DNA of 64,000 nucleotides from Candidatus Nanopelagicales bacterium (GCA_012103605.1 WLWL01000003.1:10315-74314); one strand, 5' to 3'; shown: positions 43,695 to 54,223, counted from the first letter of the stretch. Notes: a model not told the origin generated them from the letters alone. Program-made: numbers and translations.

Positions 43695-44741
43695 CGGGGT
43701 TGTCGTCGCGGTGTCGTCTGGACCAGGCACCGAAGTGTCCGACTTTTCCGATTTTTCTTGCATTTGTGACATTTCACTCACGGGAGCCTGATCGTCAGAG
43801 TCATCGGAAGCATCGGAATCGCCGTCTTCACCGTGGTTCTCGTCGTTCTCATCGTTCTGATCGTCCGCGTCGGTCGCATCACTCGACGCCGCGCTGAGGT
43901 CCTCCCGCCCCGGCCGGGATCTCGCCGACAGCACCAGATACGCGGCGGCGCCGATCCCCACAATGACCGACGTCCACACATTCAACCGCAGCCCGGCCAC
44001 GGTGTTGACCGGGTCGATTCTCAAGGTTTCGATCCAGGCCCGACCGATCGTGTACAGCAGCACGTACAGGGCGAAGACGCGCCCGTGGCCCATCGTGAAC
44101 CGGCGATCCGCCCAGATGACGATCAGAGCAACCCCGACCAGCCACAGCGACTCATACAAAAACGTGGGGTGGAAAGTTTCGAAGGTCTCGTAGCCCACCG
44201 GCCGATTTTCCGGTGCGATCTCCAGCCCCCAGGGCAACGTCGTGGGTTGCCCGAACAGTTCCTGGTTGAACCAGTTGCCCCATCGACCGATTGCCTGGGC
44301 CAGCGCGATGCCGGGAGCGATCGCGTCTGCGATCGGAGGGAGAGCGACGTGTCGCCGTCGCGCACCGATCCACGCACCCAACGCACCGAGAGCAACGGCG
44401 CCCCAGATTCCCAAGCCTCCATCCCAGATGCGAAAAGCCGCAGCTAATCCCCGGCCGTCGGTGCCGAAGTAGATCTGCCAGTCACTGGCAACGTGATAGA
44501 GACGGCCGCCGATGATGCCGAACGGCACCGCCCACAGAGCGATGTCGGTGATCAGGCCTGGCTCTCCGCCGCGAGCGACGTAGCGGCGATTACCGAGCCA
44601 AATGGCAACGACGATGCCGGCGATGATCGCCAGCGCGTAGGCGCGTAGCGGTATCGGACCCAAGTACCACGTGCCCTGGTCGGGACTGGGAATCGACGCC
44701 ACGACCTGCGTGGTGATCGTCGCTATCGCACTCCCGCTCAT
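43692..44741 (-). CDS. lgt: prolipoprotein diacylglyceryl transferase with acidic C-terminal tail
   Basis: 349 aa. Lgt core motifs [17 protein letters not shown] and multiple TM segments. The last ~70 aa are Asp/Glu/Ser-rich ([25 protein letters not shown]). Confidence 0.94.
   Translation of the reverse strand: MSGSAIATITTQVVASIPSPDQGTWYLGPIPLRAYALAIIAGIVVAIWLGNRRYVARGGEPGLITDIALWAVPFGIIGGRLYHVASDWQIYFGTDGRGLAAAFRIWDGGLGIWGAVALGALGAWIGARRRHVALPPIADAIAPGIALAQAIGRWGNWFNQELFGQPTTLPWGLEIAPENRPVGYETFETFHPTFLYESLWLVGVALIVIWADRRFTMGHGRVFALYVLLYTIGRAWIETLRIDPVNTVAGLRLNVWTSVIVGIGAAAYLVLSARSRPGREDLSAASSDATDADDQNDENDENHGEDGDSDASDDSDDQAPVSEMSQMQEKSEKSDTSVPGPDDTATTTP
43836..43862 (-). repeat. three imperfect 9-nt tandem units in the lgt acidic tail
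   Basis: GTTCTCGTC GTTCTCATC GTTCTGATC on the plus strand, encoding DQN-DEN-DEN. Confidence 0.85.
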
Positions 44742-44757
44742 CGTTGCGTCACCGGCG

Positions 44758-45558
44758 CTAGTTGCCGGCGGCCTCGGTCAGCGCGGCGAGCAACGACGCT
44801 TGATCCGCCAACGACTGTGTGGGGATTTCCACTCCGTCGATCTTGCCGAAGGGGGTCCCTGCTACTCCTTGGTCGTAGAACTCCTGGGTCGAGTTCGCGG
44901 CCCACACCCGGTAGGTCTCGTCGTCGACGCACGCGGAGAAACTCTCGAGGGAGGCTCCACTCATGCCGATGTCTTCGGCTATCGAGACGAGTTCGGAGTT
45001 CGACCAACCGTCTCCCTCTTCCTCGGGTTGATTGGCGTAGACGGCGTCGTGGTACTCCCGCGTGAATCCCTCGTCGATCGCACAACCCCACGCGCCGATC
45101 GCGCGGTTGGAGGCATCGTTTCCGAGGTTGCGGTCCAGGAACGCGGTAGGACGCCAAATGACCCGCGCGATGCCGGTCTCGGCTGCTTCGGCGATGCCCT
45201 CGCCGTTCGCTTCTTCGAGTGAGCCGCAGGCAGGACATTGGAAGTCTTCCCACAGTTCGAGAACGGGGGCGTCGTCCCCAGCGGTTCCGTAGGGAACCCC
45301 GTACGCCCATTCACTATCGGCTCCAAGCACACCGTCGGGAACCGGAGCGCTCGGGTCCGCTTCAATCACATCGATCGCGTTCGCGTTGTCGTCTGCAGTG
45401 CGCGCGACGACGGCGACTCCGATGATTCCCGCGACAACGGCAAGGACAGCAACGGCTCCGATGATGCGCACGGTCTTCTCCCGGCGCTTCTCCCCCGCCT
45501 GAGCCTCCGCCCGAGCGGCGGCCGCCCGGTCGCGCCGTTCTCTACTTCCCGCTGCCAT
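44758..45558 (-). CDS. DsbA-family thiol:disulfide oxidoreductase, membrane-anchored
   Basis: The ORF track extends to 45735 over the trpA 3' end. ATG 45558 has GGAG 6 nt upstream. The product has one N-terminal TM segment (IIGAVAVLAVVAGIIGVAVV) and a thioredoxin-fold active site (WEDFQCPACG). Confidence 0.85.
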   Translation of the reverse strand: MAAGSRERRDRAAAARAEAQAGEKRREKTVRIIGAVAVLAVVAGIIGVAVVARTADDNANAIDVIEADPSAPVPDGVLGADSEWAYGVPYGTAGDDAPVLELWEDFQCPACGSLEEANGEGIAEAAETGIARVIWRPTAFLDRNLGNDASNRAIGAWGCAIDEGFTREYHDAVYANQPEEEGDGWSNSELVSIAEDIGMSGASLESFSACVDDETYRVWAANSTQEFYDQGVAGTPFGKIDGVEIPTQSLADQASLLAALTEAAGN

Positions 45559-45631
45559 TACATCTCCGTTCGTGACCACATGGCGCCTCGTCGGGCACCG
45601 ATCTCCAGAATAGTTTGCCTCTGCGACGCGC

Positions 45632-46459
45632 TCATGCGTCGGGCTCGGACAGGTGGGTTGATCGCCGAACCCCCTCGCGGAGCTCCGCAGCGAATCGACC
45701 CACCTCGGCCGTGGCCTCGGCGCTTGATTCGGCATCGAGGACTCGCCGGATGAATGCCGAACCCACGATTACTCCATCCGCGTACCCGGCGATCGACGCT
45801 GCCTGATCGGCAGAGGAGACACCCAAGCCGACACCGATCGGCTGGCCTGTGCGCTCGCGAACCCGGCCCACGAGTTGCGGGGCTGCGTCACTCACCGTGT
45901 CGCGAGTCCCGGTTACTCCCATCGTGGATGCCGCGTAGACGAAACCGGTCGTCGCTCCAGAGACGATGTCGATTCGCGCATCGGTCGATGACGGCGCCAC
46001 GAGAAAGGTGCGATCGATTCCCGCGGCCTCGGTCACCTCGATCCATGCGTCTGCTTCTTCGGGCGTCAGGTCCGGTGTGATGACGCCGCTGCCGCCGGCT
46101 GCAGCAAGTTCGTCGGCGAAGTTCTGCACTCCGAATCGCTCGATGGGATTCCAGTAGCTCATGACATACACCGCTTGATGCTCCGCCGGCGTCAGGCGGT
46201 TGACCACGCTCAGAACGTCAGCAGTCGTCACCCCACGCTCGAGCGCGACTTCCACAGATTCCTGGATCGCGGGGCCGTCCATGAGTGGGTCGGAGTACGG
46301 GAGACCGACCTCCAGCAGGTCGACACCGGAGTCGAGCATGGTTTGAAAGATCTCGACACTGTCATCGACCGTGGGGAACCCCGCCGGGAGGTAGCCGATG
46401 AGTGCTGCTCGTTGCTGTGCCCGGGCGGCGTCGAATACGGCCGCGGTCCGCGGATTCAC
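45632..46459 (-). CDS. trpA: tryptophan synthase alpha chain
   Basis: 275 aa with [18 protein letters not shown] and [13 protein letters not shown]. Confidence 0.97.
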   Translation of the reverse strand: MNPRTAAVFDAARAQQRAALIGYLPAGFPTVDDSVEIFQTMLDSGVDLLEVGLPYSDPLMDGPAIQESVEVALERGVTTADVLSVVNRLTPAEHQAVYVMSYWNPIERFGVQNFADELAAAGGSGVITPDLTPEEADAWIEVTEAAGIDRTFLVAPSSTDARIDIVSGATTGFVYAASTMGVTGTRDTVSDAAPQLVGRVRERTGQPIGVGLGVSSADQAASIAGYADGVIVGSAFIRRVLDAESSAEATAEVGRFAAELREGVRRSTHLSEPDA

Positions 46460-47673
46460 GTCGTGTCGATTCCAAACCAGCGAGCAGCAGTTTCCACGTC
46501 CTTGTCCCCTCGCCCGGATAGATTGATCACGATCACCGCGTCCGGACCGAGCTCTCGACCCAGACGCATAGCCCCCGCGAGAGCATGCGCCGTTTCGATC
46601 GCCGGCAGTATCCCTTCGGTGCGACTCACGATCGAGAACGCTTCCATCGCTTCGGCATCCGTCACCGGCTCGTAAGTGGCCCGACCCGAGTCATGCAGCC
46701 ACGCGTGCTCAGGGCCCACGCCGGGGTAGTCCAGTCCGGCACTTATCGAATGTGACGGGATGGTTTGGCCCCACTCATCTTGCATGACGTACGTGCGCGC
46801 ACCGTGCAGAACGCCCGGTGCACCCATGGCAAATCGCGCTGCATGACGACCGGATTCCACGCCTTCCCCGCCAGCTTCGTAGCCGACCAAGCGCACCTCG
46901 GGATCATCGAGGAACGCCGAGAACAACCCCATGGCGTTGGACCCACCGCCGACACACGCCACTGCTGCATCCGGCAACCGGCCCTCAATCTCGAGAATTT
47001 GCTCCCGCGTTTCACGTCCGATGACGCTGTGGAAGTGCCGGACGATGCGCGGGAACGGTGAAGGTCCCGTCACCGTTCCCAGCAGGTAATGCGTTGTCGC
47101 CACATTGGTGACCCAGTCACGCATCGCCTCGTTGATGGCGTCTTTGAGAGTCTGGCTTCCCGTTTCGACCGGGACGACGGTGGCCCCGAGCAATTGCATA
47201 CGCGCAACGTTCAGCGCCTGCCGCTGGGTGTCTTCCTTCCCCATGTAGACGACACATTCCAATCCCATGAGTGCCGCGGCGGTCGCCGACGCGACTCCGT
47301 GTTGCCCGGCACCTGTCTCGGCGATGATGCGCGTCTTGCCCATGCGGGCAGCCAACAGCGCCTGTCCGAGAACGTTGTTGATCTTGTGAGATCCCGTGTG
47401 GTTGAGGTCTTCTCGTTTGAAGTAGATGCGGGCCCCACCGCACTCGTGTTCAAAGCGCGCCGCTCGAGTCAACGGAGAGGGCCGTCCGGTGTAGTCCTTC
47501 TCCAGGTCCGCGAGCTCCCGGGCGAAGTCCGGATCGGTGCATGCAGCGTCGAAGGCTTCTTCCAGTTGATCGAGGGCAGCCATCAACGCTTCTGGAACGA
47601 AACGACCCCCGTACGGGCCGAAATGACCTGGTGCTGACGAGCGAGCATCAACGGTGTCGGCAGGGGCAGTCAC
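46456..47673 (-). CDS. trpB: tryptophan synthase beta chain
   Basis: 405 aa with the PLP lysine motif [11 protein letters not shown] and GGGSNAMG. Confidence 0.98.
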   Translation of the reverse strand: MTAPADTVDARSSAPGHFGPYGGRFVPEALMAALDQLEEAFDAACTDPDFARELADLEKDYTGRPSPLTRAARFEHECGGARIYFKREDLNHTGSHKINNVLGQALLAARMGKTRIIAETGAGQHGVASATAAALMGLECVVYMGKEDTQRQALNVARMQLLGATVVPVETGSQTLKDAINEAMRDWVTNVATTHYLLGTVTGPSPFPRIVRHFHSVIGRETREQILEIEGRLPDAAVACVGGGSNAMGLFSAFLDDPEVRLVGYEAGGEGVESGRHAARFAMGAPGVLHGARTYVMQDEWGQTIPSHSISAGLDYPGVGPEHAWLHDSGRATYEPVTDAEAMEAFSIVSRTEGILPAIETAHALAGAMRLGRELGPDAVIVINLSGRGDKDVETAARWFGIDTT

Positions 47674-48488
47674 GATGTCATTCTCCTGCCGTGACGCAGG
47701 GCGGGGTGCGCTCCTGCCGTGACGAGATCGTGGACCGCGAGGCGAGGATCCTTGCCGGTGACCAGGCTTTCGCCGACCAGGACGCCGTCCGCTCCCGCCT
47801 CTGCGTAAGCGATCAAATCATGGGGCTCCCGAACACCCGATTCTGCGATCTTGATGCAGGTATCCGGGATCAGGTGCGCCACTCGCGCGAAGACGCCCCT
47901 GTCAACTTCCAGCGTGGTCAGGTCTCGGGCATTCACGCCGATGATGTCTGCCCCCGAGTCCAGGGCACGGGCGATCTCCTTCTCGTCGTGAACCTCAACT
48001 AGTGGAGTCAACCCCAGGCTTCGGGAGCGCTCGACAAGTGACACGAGAGCGTCCTGTTCGAGCGCGGCCACAATCAGCAGGACGAGGTCCGCGCCGTAGG
48101 CCCGTGCTTCCCAGAGTTGATAACTCCCGATGACGAAGTCTTTGCGCAACACCGGCACGTCGACAGCGGAACGCACCGACGCGAGGTCGTCCAGACTCCC
48201 CCCGAAGCGACGTTCCTCAGTCAAGACACTGATGCAGTGCGCTCCACCGGCTTCGTAGTCGCGAGCCAGGGCGGCCGGATCGGCGATCTCTGCCAGCGGT
48301 CCTCGACTCGGACTTTCTCGCTTGACTTCGGCGATGACGCATACGTCCTCATCGGTGAACATCGGGCGCGGATCTCTCGGTGTACTGGTCGTACTCGCGC
48401 GTTCCTTGACGAGCTCGAGGGGAACGCGTTGCATCCGCTGCGCTACGTCTTCGCGGACTCCGTCAAGGATGTCGTTGAGGACGTTCAT
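47670..48488 (-). CDS. trpC: indole-3-glycerol phosphate synthase
   Basis: 272 aa with [18 protein letters not shown] and the [11 protein letters not shown]-barrel motifs. The stop overlaps the trpB start. Confidence 0.96.
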   Translation of the reverse strand: MNVLNDILDGVREDVAQRMQRVPLELVKERASTTSTPRDPRPMFTDEDVCVIAEVKRESPSRGPLAEIADPAALARDYEAGGAHCISVLTEERRFGGSLDDLASVRSAVDVPVLRKDFVIGSYQLWEARAYGADLVLLIVAALEQDALVSLVERSRSLGLTPLVEVHDEKEIARALDSGADIIGVNARDLTTLEVDRGVFARVAHLIPDTCIKIAESGVREPHDLIAYAEAGADGVLVGESLVTGKDPRLAVHDLVTAGAHPALRHGRRMTS

Positions 48489-48530
48489 GGCCCCACAGTA
48501 CGCCCGGTGTCTGCGCTTGCAATCGGGGCT

Positions 48531-49010
48531 CTAACCCACCCCAGATCCCAGGTAGGGAACGAAGTTGCGCACCACACCAAAGATCAACACGCCGATCAGC
48601 AGCCAGACCATGAGTCGAGATCGCCGTGCTTGCGTTGCAATATCGACGACCGGCCGTCGACCGGTCCACGATCGGTAGGCCCAGACGGCGAAGGCGACGA
48701 TCACGACCGGCCAAAAAACGATCAACAGAATGTTGTGATCAGCCATCCCCGAGAGGTCGCCGTAGAGCAGGTCGTAGGTGCCACGCATGCCCCCGCACCC
48801 GGGACAGTCCAAACCCAAGAAGATTTGGCTCGGGCACCCGGGGTAGTGCCCGGGAACGTTTGGGTCCACAGCGCGCAGGTAGACGCCTGCTGCAAGAGCG
48901 GCAATTCCAGTGATGAACACCGGCAGCATCCGCCGGCGCCGTGGCCGCTCGTCGACCGCGACACGAGCCTGGTCGTCAAGCGTCTCCATCCGTTGATCGT
49001 ACGCCGTCAT
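48531..49010 (-). CDS. DUF2752-like small membrane protein with CxxC pairs
   Basis: 159 aa with about 3-4 hydrophobic segments and the motif CPSQIFLGLDCPGCGGMRG. It lies 25 nt after the kinase stop and 42 nt before trpC. Confidence 0.65.
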   Translation of the reverse strand: MTAYDQRMETLDDQARVAVDERPRRRRMLPVFITGIAALAAGVYLRAVDPNVPGHYPGCPSQIFLGLDCPGCGGMRGTYDLLYGDLSGMADHNILLIVFWPVVIVAFAVWAYRSWTGRRPVVDIATQARRSRLMVWLLIGVLIFGVVRNFVPYLGSGVG

Positions 49011-49035
49011 TCGAGCCCAGAGGGGCCGTCGCGCC

Positions 49036-50469
49036 CTACGCCAAGGGGATTCTGATCCAGAAGGACGAACCGACCCCGGGACTGCTGGTCACTGCAGCGG
49101 CGCCCCCCATGCGTGAGGCGAGTCGATCGACAAGCGCCAGGCCCAGTCCGGTGCCGACGGGCCGCACACCGCGATACCGCTCGTGCAAAGCACCCGGCTC
49201 GAAGGCGACAGCTAGGTCGTCCTCGCTTAAACCGGGGCCGCTGTCCCGAACCTCGATGACGGCAAACGAGCCATCGGCGATCGCAGCGTCCGTATGGATC
49301 GCGAGATGAATCTGCGACCCCTGGGGAGAAACCCGCAACGCGTTCTCCATCAGGTTGTCAATGATTTGCCGAAGGCGCATCGCATCAACGTGCACGTGGA
49401 CGGGCCCCGCTGATTCCGCGAGCGTCAACGTGACGCCATCGCGATCACATCGAGTTCGCCACACCTCTGCCGCCTCGGTGAGGATCTCCCGCACATCGAC
49501 GTCGGCTGCGTTGACATGAAAGTCAGCGGCACCCAATCGCGCGAGGTCGAGAAGGTCGTGGACGAGTCGATCCAAACGACTCGCCTCGTGACCGATGGTC
49601 GCACCGACACTCGTCAGTTGCTCGGAGTCGAGGATGTCGTCGTTGAGGGCTTCCGCGTAACCCCTGATCGCCGTGAGTGGCGTTCGCAGCTCGTGAGAGA
49701 CCGACAGCAAGAACTCTCGTTGGCGACCTTCGGACGTCGCGAGGGCTGCGTTCAGGGCATTCAACGCCTCGGCGATATCCGCGACCTCCGCTGGCCCCCG
49801 CGGGGTGAGGCGCTCATCCCTCTCCCCGCCTGCCATGCGATGCGCGACTCCTTGGGCGTCGCGCAAAGGACGGGAGAGCCGTCGCGCGACAACGTAGGCA
49901 ATGCCGACGGAGATAACCAAGCCCAGCGCCAGAGCCGCCGCGATTCGTGCGAGGAATTTCGTGCCGAGCTCTCCGGCGACATCGACCGACTGCGTCAGGA
50001 TCACGGCACCGCCGGAGACCGGCCGACCCTCGATCAATATGCGACCCCCACGGCCATCTCGACCGCGAGACGAGATCGACTCACCGGCGAGCAGGGCGTC
50101 GAATTCATCATCGCTGATCCCCGACCCTTGCAACGCCGGCGGAAGACCGCCCTCGCGAGAGACCAGGTATCCGGTGACACCCTCCCGACGCAAGATCCGC
50201 TCCAGAGGTCGTGCGATGAGTCGATCCGGAGGCCGGCGGCCATCGGATCGCTCCACGTACGCGGCGGTTAAATCCGCCAGTCGCTCGAGTGCTCCGGAGG
50301 CTTCTGCCACGGCCGCGCTGCGAACGAACGGCGCCACCGCGACACCGGCAACGACAACGGCAACGGTCGCGATCGACGTGATCAACAGGACAGTTTGCGT
50401 GACGATCCCCCACCGCTTGCGGGGCTGCAGAGTCGGCCGGGAAGACGTCGTAGCCGACTCCTCACTCAT
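49036..50469 (-). CDS. sensor histidine kinase (2 TM, periplasmic loop, HAMP, HisKA, HATPase_c)
   Basis: H-box SVSHELRTPLTAIRGYAE, N-box IIDNLMENALRV and G-boxes DSGPGL / GTGLGLALV. ATG 50469 overlaps the response-regulator stop by 8 nt. The ORF-track start at 50562 is unlikely. Confidence 0.92.
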   Translation of the reverse strand: MSEESATTSSRPTLQPRKRWGIVTQTVLLITSIATVAVVVAGVAVAPFVRSAAVAEASGALERLADLTAAYVERSDGRRPPDRLIARPLERILRREGVTGYLVSREGGLPPALQGSGISDDEFDALLAGESISSRGRDGRGGRILIEGRPVSGGAVILTQSVDVAGELGTKFLARIAAALALGLVISVGIAYVVARRLSRPLRDAQGVAHRMAGGERDERLTPRGPAEVADIAEALNALNAALATSEGRQREFLLSVSHELRTPLTAIRGYAEALNDDILDSEQLTSVGATIGHEASRLDRLVHDLLDLARLGAADFHVNAADVDVREILTEAAEVWRTRCDRDGVTLTLAESAGPVHVHVDAMRLRQIIDNLMENALRVSPQGSQIHLAIHTDAAIADGSFAVIEVRDSGPGLSEDDLAVAFEPGALHERYRGVRPVGTGLGLALVDRLASRMGGAAAVTSSPGVGSSFWIRIPLA

Positions 50470-51151
50470 CGCCGGACACTTCCGCGGAGTAGCCCACGCC
50501 GCGCACCGTTCGGATCGGACTGTCATCACCGAGTTTGGCGCGCAGTTGGGCCACGTGTACATCGACGGTGCGGCTACCCACTACGGACGCGTACCCCCAC
50601 ACTTCCGCGAGCAGTTGATCTCGACTGAACACCCGACCGGGCTCGGAAACCAGATGCGCGAGCAGATCGAATTCCGTCGCGGTCAAGTCGACGGGCTCGT
50701 CACCGACCCACACCCGGCGACGGGTCGTATCCATCGATACGGCTCCGACCGATACGGGTTCACTCGAACTCCGGCTCACCCGCGAACGCCGCACCAGGGA
50801 CTTGACGCGCGCAACCATCTCCCGGGGGCTGAAGGGCTTGGTCACGTAGTCGTCCGCCCCCAGTTCCAAACCAAGTACGCGATCGACTTCATCGTCTCGT
50901 GCGGTGCAGAAGATGACCGGCACCCAGTTGTCCTCGGCGCGCAACTGACGACAGACCTCGGTGCCATCCATACCGGGCAGGCCCACGTCGAGCACGATCG
51001 CAACCGGATGCCGAGTGCGGGCAGCCGTCAGTCCGCCGACACCGTCGAATTCGGCGTGGACACCGAACCCCTCACGGGTCAGGTAGAGGCGAAGGAGGTC
51101 CGATATCGGTTTCTCATCTTCAACGACAAGAACCAGCCCACGATCGGTCAT
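50462..51151 (-). CDS. OmpR/PhoB-family response regulator
   Basis: 229 aa. The receiver domain has VLVVEDE, the phospho-acceptor in VLDVGLPGMDG, and KPF. The winged-helix output domain has LTATEFDLL...VRGVGY. Confidence 0.94.
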   Translation of the reverse strand: MTDRGLVLVVEDEKPISDLLRLYLTREGFGVHAEFDGVGGLTAARTRHPVAIVLDVGLPGMDGTEVCRQLRAEDNWVPVIFCTARDDEVDRVLGLELGADDYVTKPFSPREMVARVKSLVRRSRVSRSSSEPVSVGAVSMDTTRRRVWVGDEPVDLTATEFDLLAHLVSEPGRVFSRDQLLAEVWGYASVVGSRTVDVHVAQLRAKLGDDSPIRTVRGVGYSAEVSGDE

Positions 51152-51212
51152 GTCCTAAGGGTGTCAGACGGACACGCAATTTCGCGGTGTCGGCGGTTAC
51201 GAAAAGGTACCC

Positions 51213-51227
51213 AGAACGTTCGAGAAC
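51213..51227 (-). promoter_or_regulatory. AGAAC-N5-AGAAC direct repeat / GAACGTTC palindrome upstream of the response-regulator gene
   Basis: The plus strand reads AGAACGTTCGAGAAC, 62-76 nt upstream of the response-regulator ATG. It lies in the only visibly AT-richer gap of the trp region. The 10-bp periodicity suits an OmpR-type site, but this is speculative. Confidence 0.2.
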
Positions 51228-51257
51228 AGTGAAGATGCGCAGATAGCAGTAGATGGA

Positions 51258-51551
51258 CTACTGATTTGCGGGTTTCGCGGCCTTGCCGTGCTTCCCGAGA
51301 CCTACGGCCTGCATGACCTTTCCGACGATGGCGCCTAGGACAACCAGGCCAACGCTGATCCAGAACAAGGGCCAGTTACCCAGAATGATCGCCAGGGTTC
51401 CGAGGGTGAAGGCGAGCGTGACGATGACGACGGCTGTCCACGCGGCCGGCGTCGATCCGTGCGAGTCATGATCGGGCGCAATGTCATCCCCCGATCCGGG
51501 AGACGACGGACCAGGGCTCATCGATGCGGAGGAACTCATGTCGGTATCCAA
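51258..51551 (-). CDS. HGxxPAAW-family small membrane protein
   Basis: 97 aa containing the literal HGSTPAAW motif, followed by two TM segments. Confidence 0.8.
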   Translation of the reverse strand: MDTDMSSSASMSPGPSSPGSGDDIAPDHDSHGSTPAAWTAVVIVTLAFTLGTLAIILGNWPLFWISVGLVVLGAIVGKVMQAVGLGKHGKAAKPANQ

Positions 51552-51561
51552 TCACTCGTAC

Positions 51562-52233
51562 TCATCGCTCAGGTTCAGGCTCGGGCCGTTTCGCGGTGCT
51601 GGAACCGGTATTGCTCCCAAGGCCGCCTTCTTCGTCCACCGTCGGATCCAATCCGGCGTCGAGCGCCTCCCACGCATCGCGCGGTTGGGCACTCTTTCGC
51701 TCATAGCCCGCACCGAGGGTCGGCCATCGGTGACCGACGGCGGTGGTGAGCAGTCCGCCGATAAGTAACAGCACACCCGCAACGATGGCAACGACCGGCC
51801 ACACCGTTGAAACCGTCACTACGTTCTGATCGCCACTTGCTCCAACTCCCACGGGAATCGGCAAGCCGACCGCCATCGATGACAGGAAACGCATGGCTGA
51901 TACACACAGCACGATCCCCGCAATCGCTACCACCACGCCAACGACGCGTCGTAGCCACCCACGTGATCCGACAACGCCCGCCAAGCCGGCGAAACCGATG
52001 ATCGGCGCCGCAGCCGCGATCGATACGACACTGCCACCGGACACAGCAAGCAGACCCACGGCTTGGACATCCGTCATCTCTGAGGACGTGGAATCTCCCA
52101 ACAACGACCGCTCCACGAGAACCCACGTCGCAGAAGCCGACCACCACGCCAGCGCGGACCCCACCAGCATCGAACTCAACCCCACGATGTAGCCGCGCCT
52201 ATCGGCAAGAAAGGGGCGAACGGTCGAGGCCAC
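51562..52233 (-). CDS. Trp-operon-associated membrane protein (TIGR02234-like)
   Basis: 223 aa with 4-5 TM segments. It starts one nt after the trpE stop, the conserved position of this family between trpE and trpC in actinobacteria. Confidence 0.75.
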   Translation of the reverse strand: MASTVRPFLADRRGYIVGLSSMLVGSALAWWSASATWVLVERSLLGDSTSSEMTDVQAVGLLAVSGGSVVSIAAAAPIIGFAGLAGVVGSRGWLRRVVGVVVAIAGIVLCVSAMRFLSSMAVGLPIPVGVGASGDQNVVTVSTVWPVVAIVAGVLLLIGGLLTTAVGHRWPTLGAGYERKSAQPRDAWEALDAGLDPTVDEEGGLGSNTGSSTAKRPEPEPER

Positions 52234-53871
52234 CTAGTCCCCTGCGCTTTCGCCTGGCGAGTCCACCGGTGCCAACGATTGCGCGACATCCAGCGCCGCG
52301 AGCACTGCACCCGCCTTGTTCACGCATTCCTGGGCTTCCGCTTCAGGATCAGAATCAGCAACGATCCCGGCGCCCGCCTGAACGTGCGCCACTCCGTCTT
52401 GAATAACAGCCGTTCGAATCGCGATTGCCATATCCAGGTTCCCGCGAAAATCCACAAAGCCGACCACGCCGCCATACAGACCACGCCGATCTGGCTCTAG
52501 TTCATCGATGATCTCCATCGCCCTGACTTTGGGTGCACCACTGAGCGTGCCGGCAGGAAACGTTGCTCGCAGAGCGTCCAGGGCAGACGAATCTTCGTTC
52601 AATCGACCAACGACGGACGAAACGATGTGCATGACATGCGAATAGCGCTCGATCTCCATGAACTCCGTCACGTCCACCGACCCCGGTTCACACACGCGAC
52701 CTAGATCGTTTCGCGCGAGATCCACGAGCATGACGTGCTCCGCGCGCTCTTTGTGATCCGCGAGAAGATCGAGCGCTAAGGCACGATCTTCCTGTGCGTC
52801 TCGTCCACGCTGGCGGGTACCGGCTATCGGATGCACGGTGCACTGGCGATCCTCCACCGTGACGAGCGCCTCGGGAGACGACCCGACCACATCGAAGGCA
52901 CTGATGTCGCTCATCTGCCCGCCGCCATCCTCGGTCGACTCCCTGGGCATCCGAATGAGATACATGTAGGGGCTCGGATTCGAGGAACGAAGTACTCGGT
53001 AGACGTCAAGGGCGCGAGCCGTAATCGGAGTCGAGTAGCGCTGAGAGAGAACGATCTGAAAGGCATCCCCCTCACGAATGTATTTCTGCGCTCTGTCGAC
53101 GGCCTCCCGATACTCCTCGTTCGTGGTGTGAGATCGAGTACTTCCTGTGCCTGCTGTTGGCACCGATGCCACCTGGGAGACATTCACTCCGACGGGATTG
53201 GCCAGGGCGGCTTGCATCGCATCGAGCCGAGACTGCGCGTCGTGCCAGGCCTCGTCCACTCGCTCATCGGTGGCATCAAAGTTGATCGCCGCCGCGATGA
53301 GGGTCACCGTGCCTCGAAAGTGATCGAGGACAGCAAGATCGGTGGCCAGCAGAAAGGCCAAATCCGGAATATCCACCTCAGGTGGGTTGTCGTCGGGCAA
53401 CTTCTCGAACAAGCGCACTGCGTCATAGGCGAGGCAGCCGACAAAACCAGACGTGAATCGAGGGCCGCTCTCGTTGGGCTGCCCATGGGAGTTCGGACTA
53501 TCCGGGCTAATCGAGTTGCCCGAACTGTTCAGAATTGTCACGGAGTCGCGAAGAACTGACCATGCATCACCGGAGGTGGGCAGACCCGCCGGCACCTTTC
53601 CCAACCAATGCGCTTGGCCACCTTGCTCGGTCAACATTGCGGCCGCGCGAACTCCGACGAAGGAATAGCGAGACCACGAACGACCAGCCTCAGCTGATTC
53701 GAGAAGAAAAGTGCCAGCACGGTCTGTGCAGAGGGTTTCGAAGAGTCCGATGGCCGTCAAACCATCGGCTAGGAGCGTTCGCGACACGGGGATAACCCGA
53801 TGGGACGTCGCGCGTTCCCGAAAGTCCTCGAGGTTCGGCTCGCTCTTACCGAACATCGGCACCGCCGACAT
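52234..53871 (-). CDS. trpE: anthranilate synthase component I
   Basis: Motifs [28 protein letters not shown] and [13 protein letters not shown]. The start is ATG 53871 or 53856, both overlapping the hisI 3' end. The ORF-track start at 53940 is unlikely. Confidence 0.95.
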   Translation of the reverse strand: MSAVPMFGKSEPNLEDFRERATSHRVIPVSRTLLADGLTAIGLFETLCTDRAGTFLLESAEAGRSWSRYSFVGVRAAAMLTEQGGQAHWLGKVPAGLPTSGDAWSVLRDSVTILNSSGNSISPDSPNSHGQPNESGPRFTSGFVGCLAYDAVRLFEKLPDDNPPEVDIPDLAFLLATDLAVLDHFRGTVTLIAAAINFDATDERVDEAWHDAQSRLDAMQAALANPVGVNVSQVASVPTAGTGSTRSHTTNEEYREAVDRAQKYIREGDAFQIVLSQRYSTPITARALDVYRVLRSSNPSPYMYLIRMPRESTEDGGGQMSDISAFDVVGSSPEALVTVEDRQCTVHPIAGTRQRGRDAQEDRALALDLLADHKERAEHVMLVDLARNDLGRVCEPGSVDVTEFMEIERYSHVMHIVSSVVGRLNEDSSALDALRATFPAGTLSGAPKVRAMEIIDELEPDRRGLYGGVVGFVDFRGNLDMAIAIRTAVIQDGVAHVQAGAGIVADSDPEAEAQECVNKAGAVLAALDVAQSLAPVDSPGESAGD

Positions 53872-54223
53872 CGAAGCAACTCTGCTCACCCGTGTGGCAC
53901 GCCGGCCCTTGCTGTTCGACCAGCAAAAGAACGGCATCACCGTCGCAATCGAGGCGCAACTGCATGACCTGCTGCGAGTTTCCTGACATCTCGCCCTTCA
54001 CCCACAGGCTCTGTCGACTTCGGGAGAAGTACGTGGCGCGTCGGGTCGTCATGGTCGCGCGCAAGGCTTCTTCATTCATCCACGCAAGCATCAGGACCTG
54101 CCGCGAGGTGGAGTCCTGGGCAATGGCGGGCACGAGACCCGCTGAATCGAATCGCACACGGGCGAGAACCTCGTCGGGAGACAGGGCCAGGAGGTCTGCT
54201 GCGTCGTTACCCATAAGAGACAT
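53846..54223 (-). CDS. hisI: phosphoribosyl-AMP cyclohydrolase
   Basis: 125 aa with [22 protein letters not shown] and [12 protein letters not shown]...ACHTG. Confidence 0.95.
   Translation of the reverse strand: MSLMGNDAADLLALSPDEVLARVRFDSAGLVPAIAQDSTSRQVLMLAWMNEEALRATMTTRRATYFSRSRQSLWVKGEMSGNSQQVMQLRLDCDGDAVLLLVEQQGPACHTGEQSCFDVGGADVR

Noticed and set aside
53846-53940. I looked for Trp, His or Phe leader-peptide attenuators or T-box leaders upstream of trpE, hisD and pheS, and for a SAM riboswitch upstream of metK.
   Set aside because: The trpE 5' end overlaps hisI. hisD has 23 nt of upstream spacer, pheS has 26 nt and metK has 55 nt. No room exists, and there are no runs of regulatory codons or terminator/antiterminator pairs.
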